Origin: a virus
Reading direction: 5' to 3' (one strand)
Virus record (IMG/VR): IMGVR_UViG_3300027769_001114
Location: 32,001-96,000 of that record
Length of the DNA: 64,000 nucleotides
Part shown: positions 41,066 to 49,695 of the stretch, one piece after another
How positions within the stretch are numbered: the stretch's first letter is position 1
Layout of the letters: each line of letters starts with the position of its first letter
Translations under genes and position numbers: made by a program
Notes under the pieces: model-generated
What the model was told of the DNA's origin: nothing
Database searches by the model: none
Seen by the model: only the letters and a program-made list of their open reading frames with translations

Positions 41066-41474
41066 AATCCCCCCCTATGCCCATTGGTTCACCGTTAATC
41101 ACAACATCACAACTATGGGTCCCCGTATGTTCGGTTAGGAACACCCACCTTGCGTGGTGTACCTCTTTCACCAAAGGCTGAAGTACTTGCGTACCCATTG
41201 GTGATACAACCTCAAGGACAACCCGTTCATTTCTCATATTGACAAACTCATCGTCGTACATCACGACATGGTGCAACCCAATCGTAACTGCCTCTCTCAT
41301 GAAAAACTTTTTGATTGACGGTATGGAGACTACGCACGGCGTCGATGGATCATTGACTTGATGTGCGTAGGAATCCGTCAACCCAACAACCATGGGCATC
41401 ATGAGTCTTGATGCAAGTTCAACATTGTCTGCGTTCCCGTCCTCCCCTTCGGGAACGTACAGGTAACGGAGCAT
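41046..41474 (-). CDS. Hypothetical protein (Ig-like C-terminus possible)
   Basis: 142 aa, TAATG-coupled. Confidence 0.65.
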   Translation of the reverse strand: MLRYLYVPEGEDGNADNVELASRLMMPMVVGLTDSYAHQVNDPSTPCVVSIPSIKKFFMREAVTIGLHHVVMYDDEFVNMRNERVVLEVVSPMGTQVLQPLVKEVHHARWVFLTEHTGTHSCDVVINGEPMGIGGDFDVQGF

Positions 41475-41722
41475 TACTGAGTCTCGCCGAGTGCTTCCAG
41501 TTTGTCTGACATTTGAGTGATCAGATTCAGGATCTGAGGTATTCGTGTCTCCGCATATGGATGGCTGGGTGGATTTGATGGGGTAAACGACGAGTAGTCG
41601 TAGGTGTCGGGGTCAATCCCCATTTCGAGTGAACGTTCGTAGAGTTCTGCCTCAAGGCGGACAAGAGCGTTCTCGAGGAATATCTTCTTTTGAGCATTAG
41701 AGATGTTTGTACGGAATCCCAT
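41474..41722 (-). CDS. Small helical hypothetical protein
   Basis: AAAGGG SD; TAATG-coupled to the next gene. Confidence 0.7.
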   Translation of the reverse strand: MGFRTNISNAQKKIFLENALVRLEAELYERSLEMGIDPDTYDYSSFTPSNPPSHPYAETRIPQILNLITQMSDKLEALGETQ

Positions 41723-41733
41723 ATCGTCCCTTT

Positions 41734-43563
41734 CTAGGCGTTCAGTATGAGGTAACTATACCCGTCGGAAGATGTCCTGACGGTCTCGTCGGCGCCACCC
41801 GTAGCACCCTTACTGACATTGTACGAGATGCTCGGCGTTGTTTCGGTAACGACAATAATACCACCGCCACCACCCTTTCCGCCAGTGTTTCCAGTTGCGC
41901 CGGAGTTACCTACTCCTCCGGTGCCGCCAACGTTGCCCGTTGCGCCAGGGTTGCCCGCCGCTCCAGGGTTGCCCGAGTTGCCTTGGGTGGCATTACCACG
42001 ATTTCCCGCTGCACCACCAGCGCCCCCATTGCCACCCGGATAAGTGGTCGGAGGGTTGGCATGATGGTGTACGGCGGGGGCATTATGGTAGAGACCTGTT
42101 GGCACCCAGTGTGGACCATGGTTTGAGTTTGAGAGAGAAACTTCAATGTACTGAGTGGAGTGCGACCCGATCGTGGCGTTATGGTAATGGTGGTAGTGAT
42201 GCGGGCCGTGGTGCGCTGGACCACCCTGTGTGATGTGGTGGTTGTGGCCGTGCGGGCCGTCATGGTGCGGGTTATGACTATGACCCGTATGGTGATGGGC
42301 CGCTGCAATGGAGTGATCTGCGGCAGGGTTATGAACCCCATGATTGTGGCTTTTTGAGGCTTTGTGGACATCGTGCTGATATGTCCCAAAGTGGACATGC
42401 TGCCCCGTGCCGTAGTTTGCGTTATATACGGTATGTATTGCCCTATGGGGGTTGCTGACGCTGTCAGGGTTTGCATGGGTAAGGGCCGGCGCAGCAGCGC
42501 CAGTATTGCCTGCGCTACCAAAACCACCAGGGATTCCATGATTCCCAGGACTGCCGGCATTGCCGGGACTTCCTGCTGAGCCGGGACTTCCTGCTGAGCC
42601 GGGACTTCCTGCTGAGCCAAGCTGCCCACCCAACCCCGTTACCCCGTTGCCGCCGAGTGAGACTATGGACCCAGAGCCAACGATGCTCTTCGCCACAACG
42701 ATGACAATCCCCCCACCAATACCACCGTTGCCACCGGCACCACCTAGTCCGCCAGAACCACCTGAGCCACCGGCACCACCTGGGCCACCGGCACCACCGG
42801 CACCACCGTTACCACGCGCACCACCAGGTCCAGGGTTTCCAGCGTTGCCCGCCGTGCCCGAGTTGCCCGAATAGCCCCTGCCACCCTCAGCACCAACCGT
42901 GTTTGCGTTAGGCCCATACGAACCAGGATTACCGGCACTTCCTGCACCACCTGCGCCACCCGGATTACTAGGGTTCGCTGTCCCTGCATTTCCATTCGCC
43001 CCAGTGTTTCCCGCCGCCCCCGTAGTGCCCGGGGCACCCGATGCACCAGGGTTGCCCGATGCCCCCGTGTTCCCCTGTCCCCCAGAGACCCCGCCATTGA
43101 AGCCGACGGGGCTTGTTGTGGCCTTGACGATCAGTCCCCTAACCGCCATTGGTATATTGCCGTTAATAATCGACGTACCGTCTGTCGGAGTAACGGCGGT
43201 TCCGCCCGCAGGCACAGCACCGAGACCACCGATCCTGTATGTGATCGCACCGCCAGGAGAGTGAGTTCCGTTGACCGTACCCGCAGTCACCGCACTCGGT
43301 GCAGATATTGAGCCACCCGAAAATGTACCGATACCCACAAAACCACCACTAGCAATAGTGATACTCGTCTTACAAAAGACCCTGAAACCGTTTGTGTGGA
43401 GAAACGCGCCGTTCGGGACGGTAAGTACGTCGTAGTACATGTCCCGAGTCAATGTTGTTGTACCTGCCGAGAGTGTGACCGTGCCGTCTTGACCGTTGCC
43501 ATAGACGGAGTCGTTACCAATCCTCTGTACTGTTTTTATGTTGTACCTATCAACGGCAGACAT
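41734..43563 (-). CDS. Gly-rich (G-X-X) fibre-like protein with His-rich insert
   Basis: G-X-X tracts flank a 139-aa segment with 36 His; N-terminus paralogous to 43567..44253. Confidence 0.85.
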   Translation of the reverse strand: MSAVDRYNIKTVQRIGNDSVYGNGQDGTVTLSAGTTTLTRDMYYDVLTVPNGAFLHTNGFRVFCKTSITIASGGFVGIGTFSGGSISAPSAVTAGTVNGTHSPGGAITYRIGGLGAVPAGGTAVTPTDGTSIINGNIPMAVRGLIVKATTSPVGFNGGVSGGQGNTGASGNPGASGAPGTTGAAGNTGANGNAGTANPSNPGGAGGAGSAGNPGSYGPNANTVGAEGGRGYSGNSGTAGNAGNPGPGGARGNGGAGGAGGPGGAGGSGGSGGLGGAGGNGGIGGGIVIVVAKSIVGSGSIVSLGGNGVTGLGGQLGSAGSPGSAGSPGSAGSPGNAGSPGNHGIPGGFGSAGNTGAAAPALTHANPDSVSNPHRAIHTVYNANYGTGQHVHFGTYQHDVHKASKSHNHGVHNPAADHSIAAAHHHTGHSHNPHHDGPHGHNHHITQGGPAHHGPHHYHHYHNATIGSHSTQYIEVSLSNSNHGPHWVPTGLYHNAPAVHHHANPPTTYPGGNGGAGGAAGNRGNATQGNSGNPGAAGNPGATGNVGGTGGVGNSGATGNTGGKGGGGGIIVVTETTPSISYNVSKGATGGADETVRTSSDGYSYLILNA

Positions 43564-43566
43564 CGG

Positions 43567-44253
43567 TTACACCAACTGTATGTACTTTGACGTGCCGGCA
43601 GACCCCGTGCCATTGCCAGCCACATCAGTATCAACATTTGATGGCAACGATGGCCTTGAGGAGACGATGATTATGGCACCTCCACCAGCATTGGCAGATC
43701 CTCCGGGCGCGGCGAACTTGGCGTTTGTTGAAGTAGCCGTACAGGCGATGTACCTAGCGGCGACTATAACGATACCCCCACCTACACCGGTCGAGCCACC
43801 CGCACCACCCCTAAGCCAGGTGATACCTGTCGGAGTTACTGAGTAACCAAGGACGGCCTGATTTGCTTGGTCGTACCATTGGGTTCCCCCAACCGCCGCG
43901 GTTGGAGCGGGGGCGGTATATGTTCCGCCACTCCCTGTACCACCAAGACTTGAGGTCACAGATGTTGTGACTGCACCCCCACCATAGATAGAGCCGACCG
44001 CGGAGGAGCCGGTGGTAAAGCCGATTACTGTTGCATTACCAAGAGTAAGCAGGCCTTTCACAAACAGCCTGTAAGCACCCGTATTGAGTGTGATTGAACT
44101 GTTCACCGTCAGGTTGTTGTAGAACATATCCCTTGTCATGGTCGTGTTCGTGCTGATGGTGACATTGCCATCCGAGCCTGACCCATATACAACGTCCGGT
44201 GCGTCAAGAAAGGCGGCGAGGGTGTTTGAGCCGTACCTGGCTAAGGCTGGCAT
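43567..44253 (-). CDS. Gly-rich fibre/adhesin-like protein
   Basis: YG.G.DG.VT...TRDM.Y..LTV; GGGIVIV / GGGAIIIV motifs. Confidence 0.75.
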   Translation of the reverse strand: MPALARYGSNTLAAFLDAPDVVYGSGSDGNVTISTNTTMTRDMFYNNLTVNSSITLNTGAYRLFVKGLLTLGNATVIGFTTGSSAVGSIYGGGAVTTSVTSSLGGTGSGGTYTAPAPTAAVGGTQWYDQANQAVLGYSVTPTGITWLRGGAGGSTGVGGGIVIVAARYIACTATSTNAKFAAPGGSANAGGGAIIIVSSRPSLPSNVDTDVAGNGTGSAGTSKYIQLV

Positions 44254-44582
44254 CAGGTCTCCTCTATGCCGACGACCGTGAAGGTAACCGTCGTCGCCGA
44301 CGCTGTCATGAACAGTTTCTCTGCCGCGGCAAGTACGAGACTCAAGTTCACGGTCATAGTTTCGTTAGCACCTACTGCCATACTCGAGAGGATGCTGACG
44401 GCTGCCGTAACCCCACCGATACCTACCGAGACGGTGGCAGCACTTGCGGCCGTGTTGCAGATGATGATCTGTTTGACGATGGTGGTCGTCAGAGATGGGA
44501 CGAGATACCTACCGGCAGTCGTATCCGTAGATGTCGTAACCGCCACTACCGGCCCAAACAGGCGTTTTTGCGTTATGGGCAT
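44253..44582 (-). CDS. Small beta-sandwich fibre-associated protein
   Basis: Y.VP...TTIVKQIIICNT...TFTVVGIEE; GGAGG SD. Confidence 0.7.
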   Translation of the reverse strand: MPITQKRLFGPVVAVTTSTDTTAGRYLVPSLTTTIVKQIIICNTAASAATVSVGIGGVTAAVSILSSMAVGANETMTVNLSLVLAAAEKLFMTASATTVTFTVVGIEET

Positions 44583-44669
44583 TTTCGACCTCCGTGTAGG
44601 CGTACGAGCTTAGACGCTCCCTGTCAATCATAACCCATTGAGGTACAGGACCAAAGTAGTCTTATCGCA

Positions 44670-44698
44670 TTGACCTAGCGAACCATCGCAGGTATCTT
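44670..44698 (+). promoter_or_regulatory. Sigma70/SigA-type promoter
   Basis: TTGACC-N17-TATCTT upstream of 44716. Confidence 0.55.
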
Positions 44699-44715
44699 AT
44701 GTTCGGAGGAATGAA

Positions 44716-44904
44716 ATGACCAATAACGAAATATCCGTTGAAGGACTCATCAGGGAGATGTCGGCAAAGATCGGCGAAGTGACGACCGAGAACATTGCCC
44801 TCCGACTACAGGTTGCGGAACTCGTGGCACTACTCAATAGTCCTCCGGCAGATGTTGCCACCGAGCAACTCTTGGCACAGGCATATGACCAACGCATCGA
44901 CTGA
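44716..44904 (+). CDS. Small coiled-coil protein
   Basis: GGAGGA SD. Confidence 0.65.
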   Translation: MTNNEISVEGLIREMSAKIGEVTTENIALRLQVAELVALLNSPPADVATEQLLAQAYDQRID

Positions 44905-45205
44905 CGATCTCATCTGGCACGACGACGGACACGTCCTATGGCTTGAACTCAATAGGAGTGAACTAATGGTCCTGTCTGTCCTCTGCCCGGGTGGCGAGGA
45001 GTGTGCCGACTCCCGAGGTCGGTGTGTCGTGGAATGGTTCATCAACAGGTTTGGTCTTGAGTGCCATGTCGGCGTATGCGTGCCAGAGGAACAGGTAAGG
45101 ATCGCTTGGGCCATAGTTGGCGACAAGGACGAGAAGGACGAATCTCAAGTGTGGGTCATCTCGGTGACGGACGACCTGTACGCCGCATGGAGATCAACGC
45201 AATAA
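44885..45205 (+). CDS. Hypothetical protein (Cys-containing)
   Basis: 106-aa ORF. Confidence 0.6.
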   Translation: MTNASTDDLIWHDDGHVLWLELNRSELMVLSVLCPGGEECADSRGRCVVEWFINRFGLECHVGVCVPEEQVRIAWAIVGDKDEKDESQVWVISVTDDLYAAWRSTQ

Positions 45206-45258
45206 CACGGTTCGTCTAGGAGAGACTCCGAACAAACGACATTACTATCAAAGTCGTT

Positions 45259-47376
45259 ATGAGGATGTCAAGTAAGGGCAGAGGCCGAGTCAACCCGATC
45301 AGCGTCGTCGGTCTCGTCATGATCCTATTCGGGATGTTCGGTGCATTTTTCCCCAGCAGGGCGATGGCATCTACCTATGAAGTCACTCAGGCGCAAGACT
45401 TTCTCTTTTCGTTGACTTCCAGCCAACAGTTCGTTGTCACCGCAGACGCACAGAGGTACGGCATCGACAGTCACCTATGGCTGTACAACGGGTCAGGCGA
45501 ACTCATCGCAGCTAACGATGACCACTACGGTCTTGACTCGTATATCTCCATTGCTCTTAGCCCTGGCTCATACAGGTTGCGCGCTGGAGTCTGTTGTGGC
45601 GACCCGAACGCATGGTACGGATCGTCTTACCAAATCACGGTCAACACGGAAGCAATCAACGAGCCAACGACGACAACGAGTACTACAAGTACTACAAGTA
45701 CTACAAGTACTACTACAAGTACTACGACGAGTACCACCACCACGATCGCTCCGTTCATGAGCCAGCCGACGAATGTTGCCGTAGTCAACTCTGGTAACGG
45801 TGTCAACATCTCGTGGGATGCTCCGAACGAGGGAAACATTGAGCCAGAACGGTACGCCATCACCTGGTACTGCGCCGGCTGTGAGGGCAAAGCTATTTCT
45901 TCCTACGAGACGAGCATGTATATCGCGTACCCCGTGATCGCCGAGTCTGGCCCAATAGGGCAGAACTTCTATTTCTCCGTCAGGGCAGATAACGACACGT
46001 TGAGCGTCTACTCCGGTTGGTCTGAAGGAGTGACGGTGAGGGTTGGCCCGACAGTTCCCGATACATCAGAGAGTGGTGGTGGTTGTGGCCCATACACGCC
46101 GAGGCTCGTCGTAGGTAAGTCGCAGGGTGGTGCGGTTTGGGGTTCCAATCCGTACACGGATGACTCCGATATGGGTGTCGCCGCAGTAAACGCTGGCTTG
46201 ATCTCTGTCGGAGAGTGGGCCGTCATAGAGCCGTATTGGGTGGACAACTATTCAACATTCCCTAGTGGTACGAACAACGGAATCACCACTTACGCGTGGA
46301 ACTCCTCGTGGTGTGGTTACTACCTCAAAGTCTCAGGGACGCCAACCCCGACCACCACGACAACGACCACCACCACAACGACGACTACCGAACCGCCAAC
46401 AACCACAACGAGCACTACGACGACCACAGAGCCAGAAACAACTACTACTGAGCCCGAGACCACAACGACCGAGACCACAACGACCACGAGTACTACAACA
46501 ACGACAACTACTACTGAACCGCCGGCACCACCGACCGGGACAACCAGCACCACGACCACGGAGGCACCTGTTGAGCAGACGATCCCCCCAACGCCAAGCA
46601 CGACTCAAGTACCTCAATCAACAACGATCCCGCAAACTACAACGACGACGACCCAACCGCAGGTGACTATCCCTGATGTTCCCGAGGCCGAGCAAGAACT
46701 CGCTGATCAGGGTTACGACGCCGAAGAGGTTCAGCAGATAACAGAGACGGCTTCTGCGCTTGAGGATGCTGGTTACTCGGAAGAGGACGCAATCAGCATC
46801 GCTCAGACATCTTTGGATCTGCAAGACGAGGGCTACTCCGAAGAAGAGGCACTAACTATCGCCGAAACATCACTCGAACTACAGGACAAGGGCTACGACG
46901 AGGAAACTGCAATCGCCATCGCCGAGACATCTCTTGCCCTTGAGGAAAAAGGTTACGACGAAGAGACGGCACTTGAGATCGCCGAGACAGCCAACGAGGT
47001 AGAGGATCTCGGCTTCTCAGAAGAAGACTCAGTTGACATTGCTGAGACGGCAAACGAACTAGGTGACAAGGGGTACGACGAGGAGACGGCCGTAATCATC
47101 GCCGTTGAATCCTTCGAGATACAGGAACAAGGCTTTGATGAAGACGATGCCCTCAGGGCCGCCGAGGCAAACGTGTCGCCGTTGGCAGGCGTGCTTGGTG
47201 AGTCGACTGTCGCAGCCCCGTCGGTCGGACCAATAACGCTTCACATCGTCATCACTCCACAGGAGAGGCGCACCGTCGTAGCGGCGGGAGTCACTGTCGT
47301 ATTCGGCGGCGCCACAATATCAAGTTCTAGTAGTATGTCAAGCACGTCGTCTGGCCCATCGGGCAGGAAGAGGTAG
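45259..47376 (+). CDS. Exported/membrane protein: PPC-like + FN3 + LCCL-like domains, Thr-rich linkers, acidic repeats
   Basis: Signal peptide (AMA); D..LWLYN..G.LIA.NDD; FN3 ISW.AP; VWGSNPYTDDS...AAV.AG; C-terminal hydrophobic segment. Confidence 0.8.
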   Translation: MRMSSKGRGRVNPISVVGLVMILFGMFGAFFPSRAMASTYEVTQAQDFLFSLTSSQQFVVTADAQRYGIDSHLWLYNGSGELIAANDDHYGLDSYISIALSPGSYRLRAGVCCGDPNAWYGSSYQITVNTEAINEPTTTTSTTSTTSTTSTTTSTTTSTTTTIAPFMSQPTNVAVVNSGNGVNISWDAPNEGNIEPERYAITWYCAGCEGKAISSYETSMYIAYPVIAESGPIGQNFYFSVRADNDTLSVYSGWSEGVTVRVGPTVPDTSESGGGCGPYTPRLVVGKSQGGAVWGSNPYTDDSDMGVAAVNAGLISVGEWAVIEPYWVDNYSTFPSGTNNGITTYAWNSSWCGYYLKVSGTPTPTTTTTTTTTTTTTEPPTTTTSTTTTTEPETTTTEPETTTTETTTTTSTTTTTTTTEPPAPPTGTTSTTTTEAPVEQTIPPTPSTTQVPQSTTIPQTTTTTTQPQVTIPDVPEAEQELADQGYDAEEVQQITETASALEDAGYSEEDAISIAQTSLDLQDEGYSEEEALTIAETSLELQDKGYDEETAIAIAETSLALEEKGYDEETALEIAETANEVEDLGFSEEDSVDIAETANELGDKGYDEETAVIIAVESFEIQEQGFDEDDALRAAEANVSPLAGVLGESTVAAPSVGPITLHIVITPQERRTVVAAGVTVVFGGATISSSSSMSSTSSGPSGRKR
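45679..45726 (+). repeat. 9-bp tandem repeat (AGTACTACA) encoding a Ser/Thr linker
   Basis: Three exact and two variant units. Confidence 0.85.
46699..47170 (+). repeat. Eight 20-aa acidic repeats (L.D.GY.EE.A..IAET...)
   Basis: Visible in the translation, 60-bp period. Confidence 0.85.
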
Positions 47377-47378
47377 TA

Positions 47379-47813
47379 ATGATCAGGAAAATCTTCGAGG
47401 GCATCTTGCGCCCCTTCTTCAGCGCACCCAGGGTGGTCGTTGATCTAGCCATTGACGACTCCGTCCCGGAACGGTGGCTAATACTTGATGCCACCAGCCT
47501 TGCCGTTGCCGGTCTTGAGGATGGCGGACACGCAACTGCCAACAACCTGCCCGTCAGGGTGTCCGAGGGTGACTCCCCCGCCTGCAGTGCCGAGACCGCC
47601 GAGGTCATCGGAGCATATTCCGTGATCGTCCGTAGGAGAGTTTTGGTTGCCATCATTCGAGAAATCTGGACTTTGTCTTGGACTCTCGTCGGAATGGCCA
47701 TGGTTCTTGTCACATTGTCGGGCGACGCTCAAAAGATATCCGCCACCTTGATCCTGATCGGTCTTGTATTGCATACAATGAACCTGAGGTTGCCAAGGAC
47801 CCCAAGGAAATAG
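47379..47813 (+). CDS. Membrane protein
   Basis: Two C-terminal hydrophobic helices. Confidence 0.6.
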   Translation: MIRKIFEGILRPFFSAPRVVVDLAIDDSVPERWLILDATSLAVAGLEDGGHATANNLPVRVSEGDSPACSAETAEVIGAYSVIVRRRVLVAIIREIWTLSWTLVGMAMVLVTLSGDAQKISATLILIGLVLHTMNLRLPRTPRK

Positions 47814-47818
47814 GAGAA

Positions 47819-48028
47819 ATGATGAAGATCACCCAAGAGCACAAAGCAATACTGGCGTCGTATGGCAGGTCAATCATTGGTGCTGCCGTTGCAACATACA
47901 CCGCAACGCAGGATTGGAAGTTGACATTAAATGCCCTTTGGGCCGCCGCACTCCCAGTCGCAATGAGGTACCTCAACCCCAACGACACCGCTTTCGGTCG
48001 TGTCTATAAGGGTGGAATCAACAAATGA
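47819..48028 (+). CDS. Putative holin
   Basis: Small hydrophobic protein, LASYGRS...RYLNPND.AFG; overlaps the endolysin start. Confidence 0.65.
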   Translation: MMKITQEHKAILASYGRSIIGAAVATYTATQDWKLTLNALWAAALPVAMRYLNPNDTAFGRVYKGGINK

Positions 48029-48837
48029 GTCTCCCATTCATCAAGCTCGTCGTCCCCACCGCACTCAAGAGCAGGTTCAAGAACGGACAACTCGATCCTT
48101 CCGTCCTGGCTTCAGTCAAGACCGGCGGACGCATGTACGCGCCTGTGGCCGATCAGTTCAATAAGATGTACGACGCCGCCATGGGGGCTGGATTCAAGCT
48201 CAAGAATGTTGGCGACTACCGCGGCTTTGACGATCAGTTGAAGATGTTCCTTGATCGTTATGTCACCACCGACACCGGCACCGGAGTCACTCGTCAGTAT
48301 GACGGCAAGACCTGGTGGCTCAAGAAGGGCAAGGCCCCATCGGCCGCCCCAGATCCTACAGGCGTGAAGGGCTCCAACCACGGTTGGGGACTCGCCATTG
48401 ACCTTGGCTATGACGTCAATGGCAAGCTCACCTCAATGGGAGGTGCTTGCTTTGACTGGATGTGCGCCAACGCCCCCAAGTATGGCTTCTACCTTCAGGG
48501 AGACAACAGGGCATCTAAGGAGTTTGAGGCCTGGCACTGGCAGTACTGCCTCGGTGACAACGCCCCTGACGGTTCGGCTCAGTCCGCCCCATCGGCTCCC
48601 GCCGCCGCTCCTGCTCCCGCCGCTGGCGGACTTAACTTCGCCTACCCAGGAGCACCCGTAAAGAAGGGTTCCAAGGGTGATGCAGTCAAACTTGTTCAGG
48701 CAATGGTTAAGGCTAACCCTGTTGACGGAGACTTTGGTCCCGGCACTGAGGCTCAGGTCAAGGCATGGCAAAAGGGCAAGGGACTAACCACTGACGGTGT
48801 CATCGGGCCTGTTACATGGAAGGCGATGTTCGGTTGA
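48025..48837 (+). CDS. Endolysin: M15 (VanY-like) peptidase + peptidoglycan-binding domain
   Basis: YR.F..Q, SNHGWGLAID, EAWHWQY; DGDFGP.T...VK.WQ...DGVIGP.TW. Confidence 0.92.
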   Translation: MSLPFIKLVVPTALKSRFKNGQLDPSVLASVKTGGRMYAPVADQFNKMYDAAMGAGFKLKNVGDYRGFDDQLKMFLDRYVTTDTGTGVTRQYDGKTWWLKKGKAPSAAPDPTGVKGSNHGWGLAIDLGYDVNGKLTSMGGACFDWMCANAPKYGFYLQGDNRASKEFEAWHWQYCLGDNAPDGSAQSAPSAPAAAPAPAAGGLNFAYPGAPVKKGSKGDAVKLVQAMVKANPVDGDFGPGTEAQVKAWQKGKGLTTDGVIGPVTWKAMFG

Positions 48838-49094
48838 TAAGGCAGATCACCCTTCGTATCCTGGCGGCTTTTGCTGCCTCTGGGCTCGGCGTTGTCGGTG
48901 CTGGCTCAATCGCCGGTGTTCCGTTATGGAAGGCCACGCTCATGGCCGGCATCGGTGGAGTTGCGACTGTCATTGAACGCCTAGCGAGGCTGTACCTTGA
49001 TGACGGCAAACTCTCGGCGCATGATATTGACATGGCGTTCGGTGTCATTCAGAAAGTTCCAGACGCAGAACCTGAGGAGCCAGTAAAAGCATGA
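48834..49094 (+). CDS. Holin-like membrane protein
   Basis: Two hydrophobic helices; start overlaps the endolysin stop. Confidence 0.6.
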   Translation: MIRQITLRILAAFAASGLGVVGAGSIAGVPLWKATLMAGIGGVATVIERLARLYLDDGKLSAHDIDMAFGVIQKVPDAEPEEPVKA

Positions 49095-49234
49095 CAACGA
49101 AGGGCATCGTTTCATCTGCGGTAACCGCACTCATCGTGTTGTTCACTGTCCCGTGTGCGATTATGTCCGTAGCGATGGCTAAGGCTTTTGCCGATCATCA
49201 CAGGAATGTCAAGAGTGGGATGCGTTGGGAATGA
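49091..49234 (+). CDS. Small membrane protein (47 aa, below track cutoff)
   Basis: ATGA overlaps at both ends; one TM segment. Confidence 0.55.
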   Translation: MTTKGIVSSAVTALIVLFTVPCAIMSVAMAKAFADHHRNVKSGMRWE

Positions 49235-49644
49235 CCACCGCCTATTCGCCGTATTGGTACAACGCCAAGGTTCTCAAGACTGTTGACGGCGACACCATTG
49301 ACCTCATGGTTGACCTCGGTTTTGATGTTCATCACAAGATCAGGGTTCGTCTGTTCGGAGTCAACACGCCGGAGTCAAGGACGAAGGATGCCGCCGAGAA
49401 GGAGATGGGACTCAAAGCCAAAGCTTTCACCCATGACTGGCTCGAAGGTCATCCTGAAGTTTTCGTTCAGACAGTGGCAGACAAGAACGAGAAGTATGGC
49501 AGAGTCCTGGCAAACATCTATTCCAGCAACCTCGTAGATGACCCGTCTACGGCCTGTCTCAACAAAGACATCATCGGTGCTGGCTACGCCAGGGAGTATT
49601 TCGGCATTGGGGACAAAACTTGGAATGAGTATAAAAAGAAGTGA
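49231..49644 (+). CDS. Thermonuclease (SNase-like)
   Basis: VDGDTI...VRL.GVNTPE...KYGRVLA. Confidence 0.9.
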   Translation: MTTAYSPYWYNAKVLKTVDGDTIDLMVDLGFDVHHKIRVRLFGVNTPESRTKDAAEKEMGLKAKAFTHDWLEGHPEVFVQTVADKNEKYGRVLANIYSSNLVDDPSTACLNKDIIGAGYAREYFGIGDKTWNEYKKK

Positions 49645-49695
49645 TGTAGCCTCGGTTGTCGGTGGTCCAACAACGACTGACGGCAAAGAAAAAGA

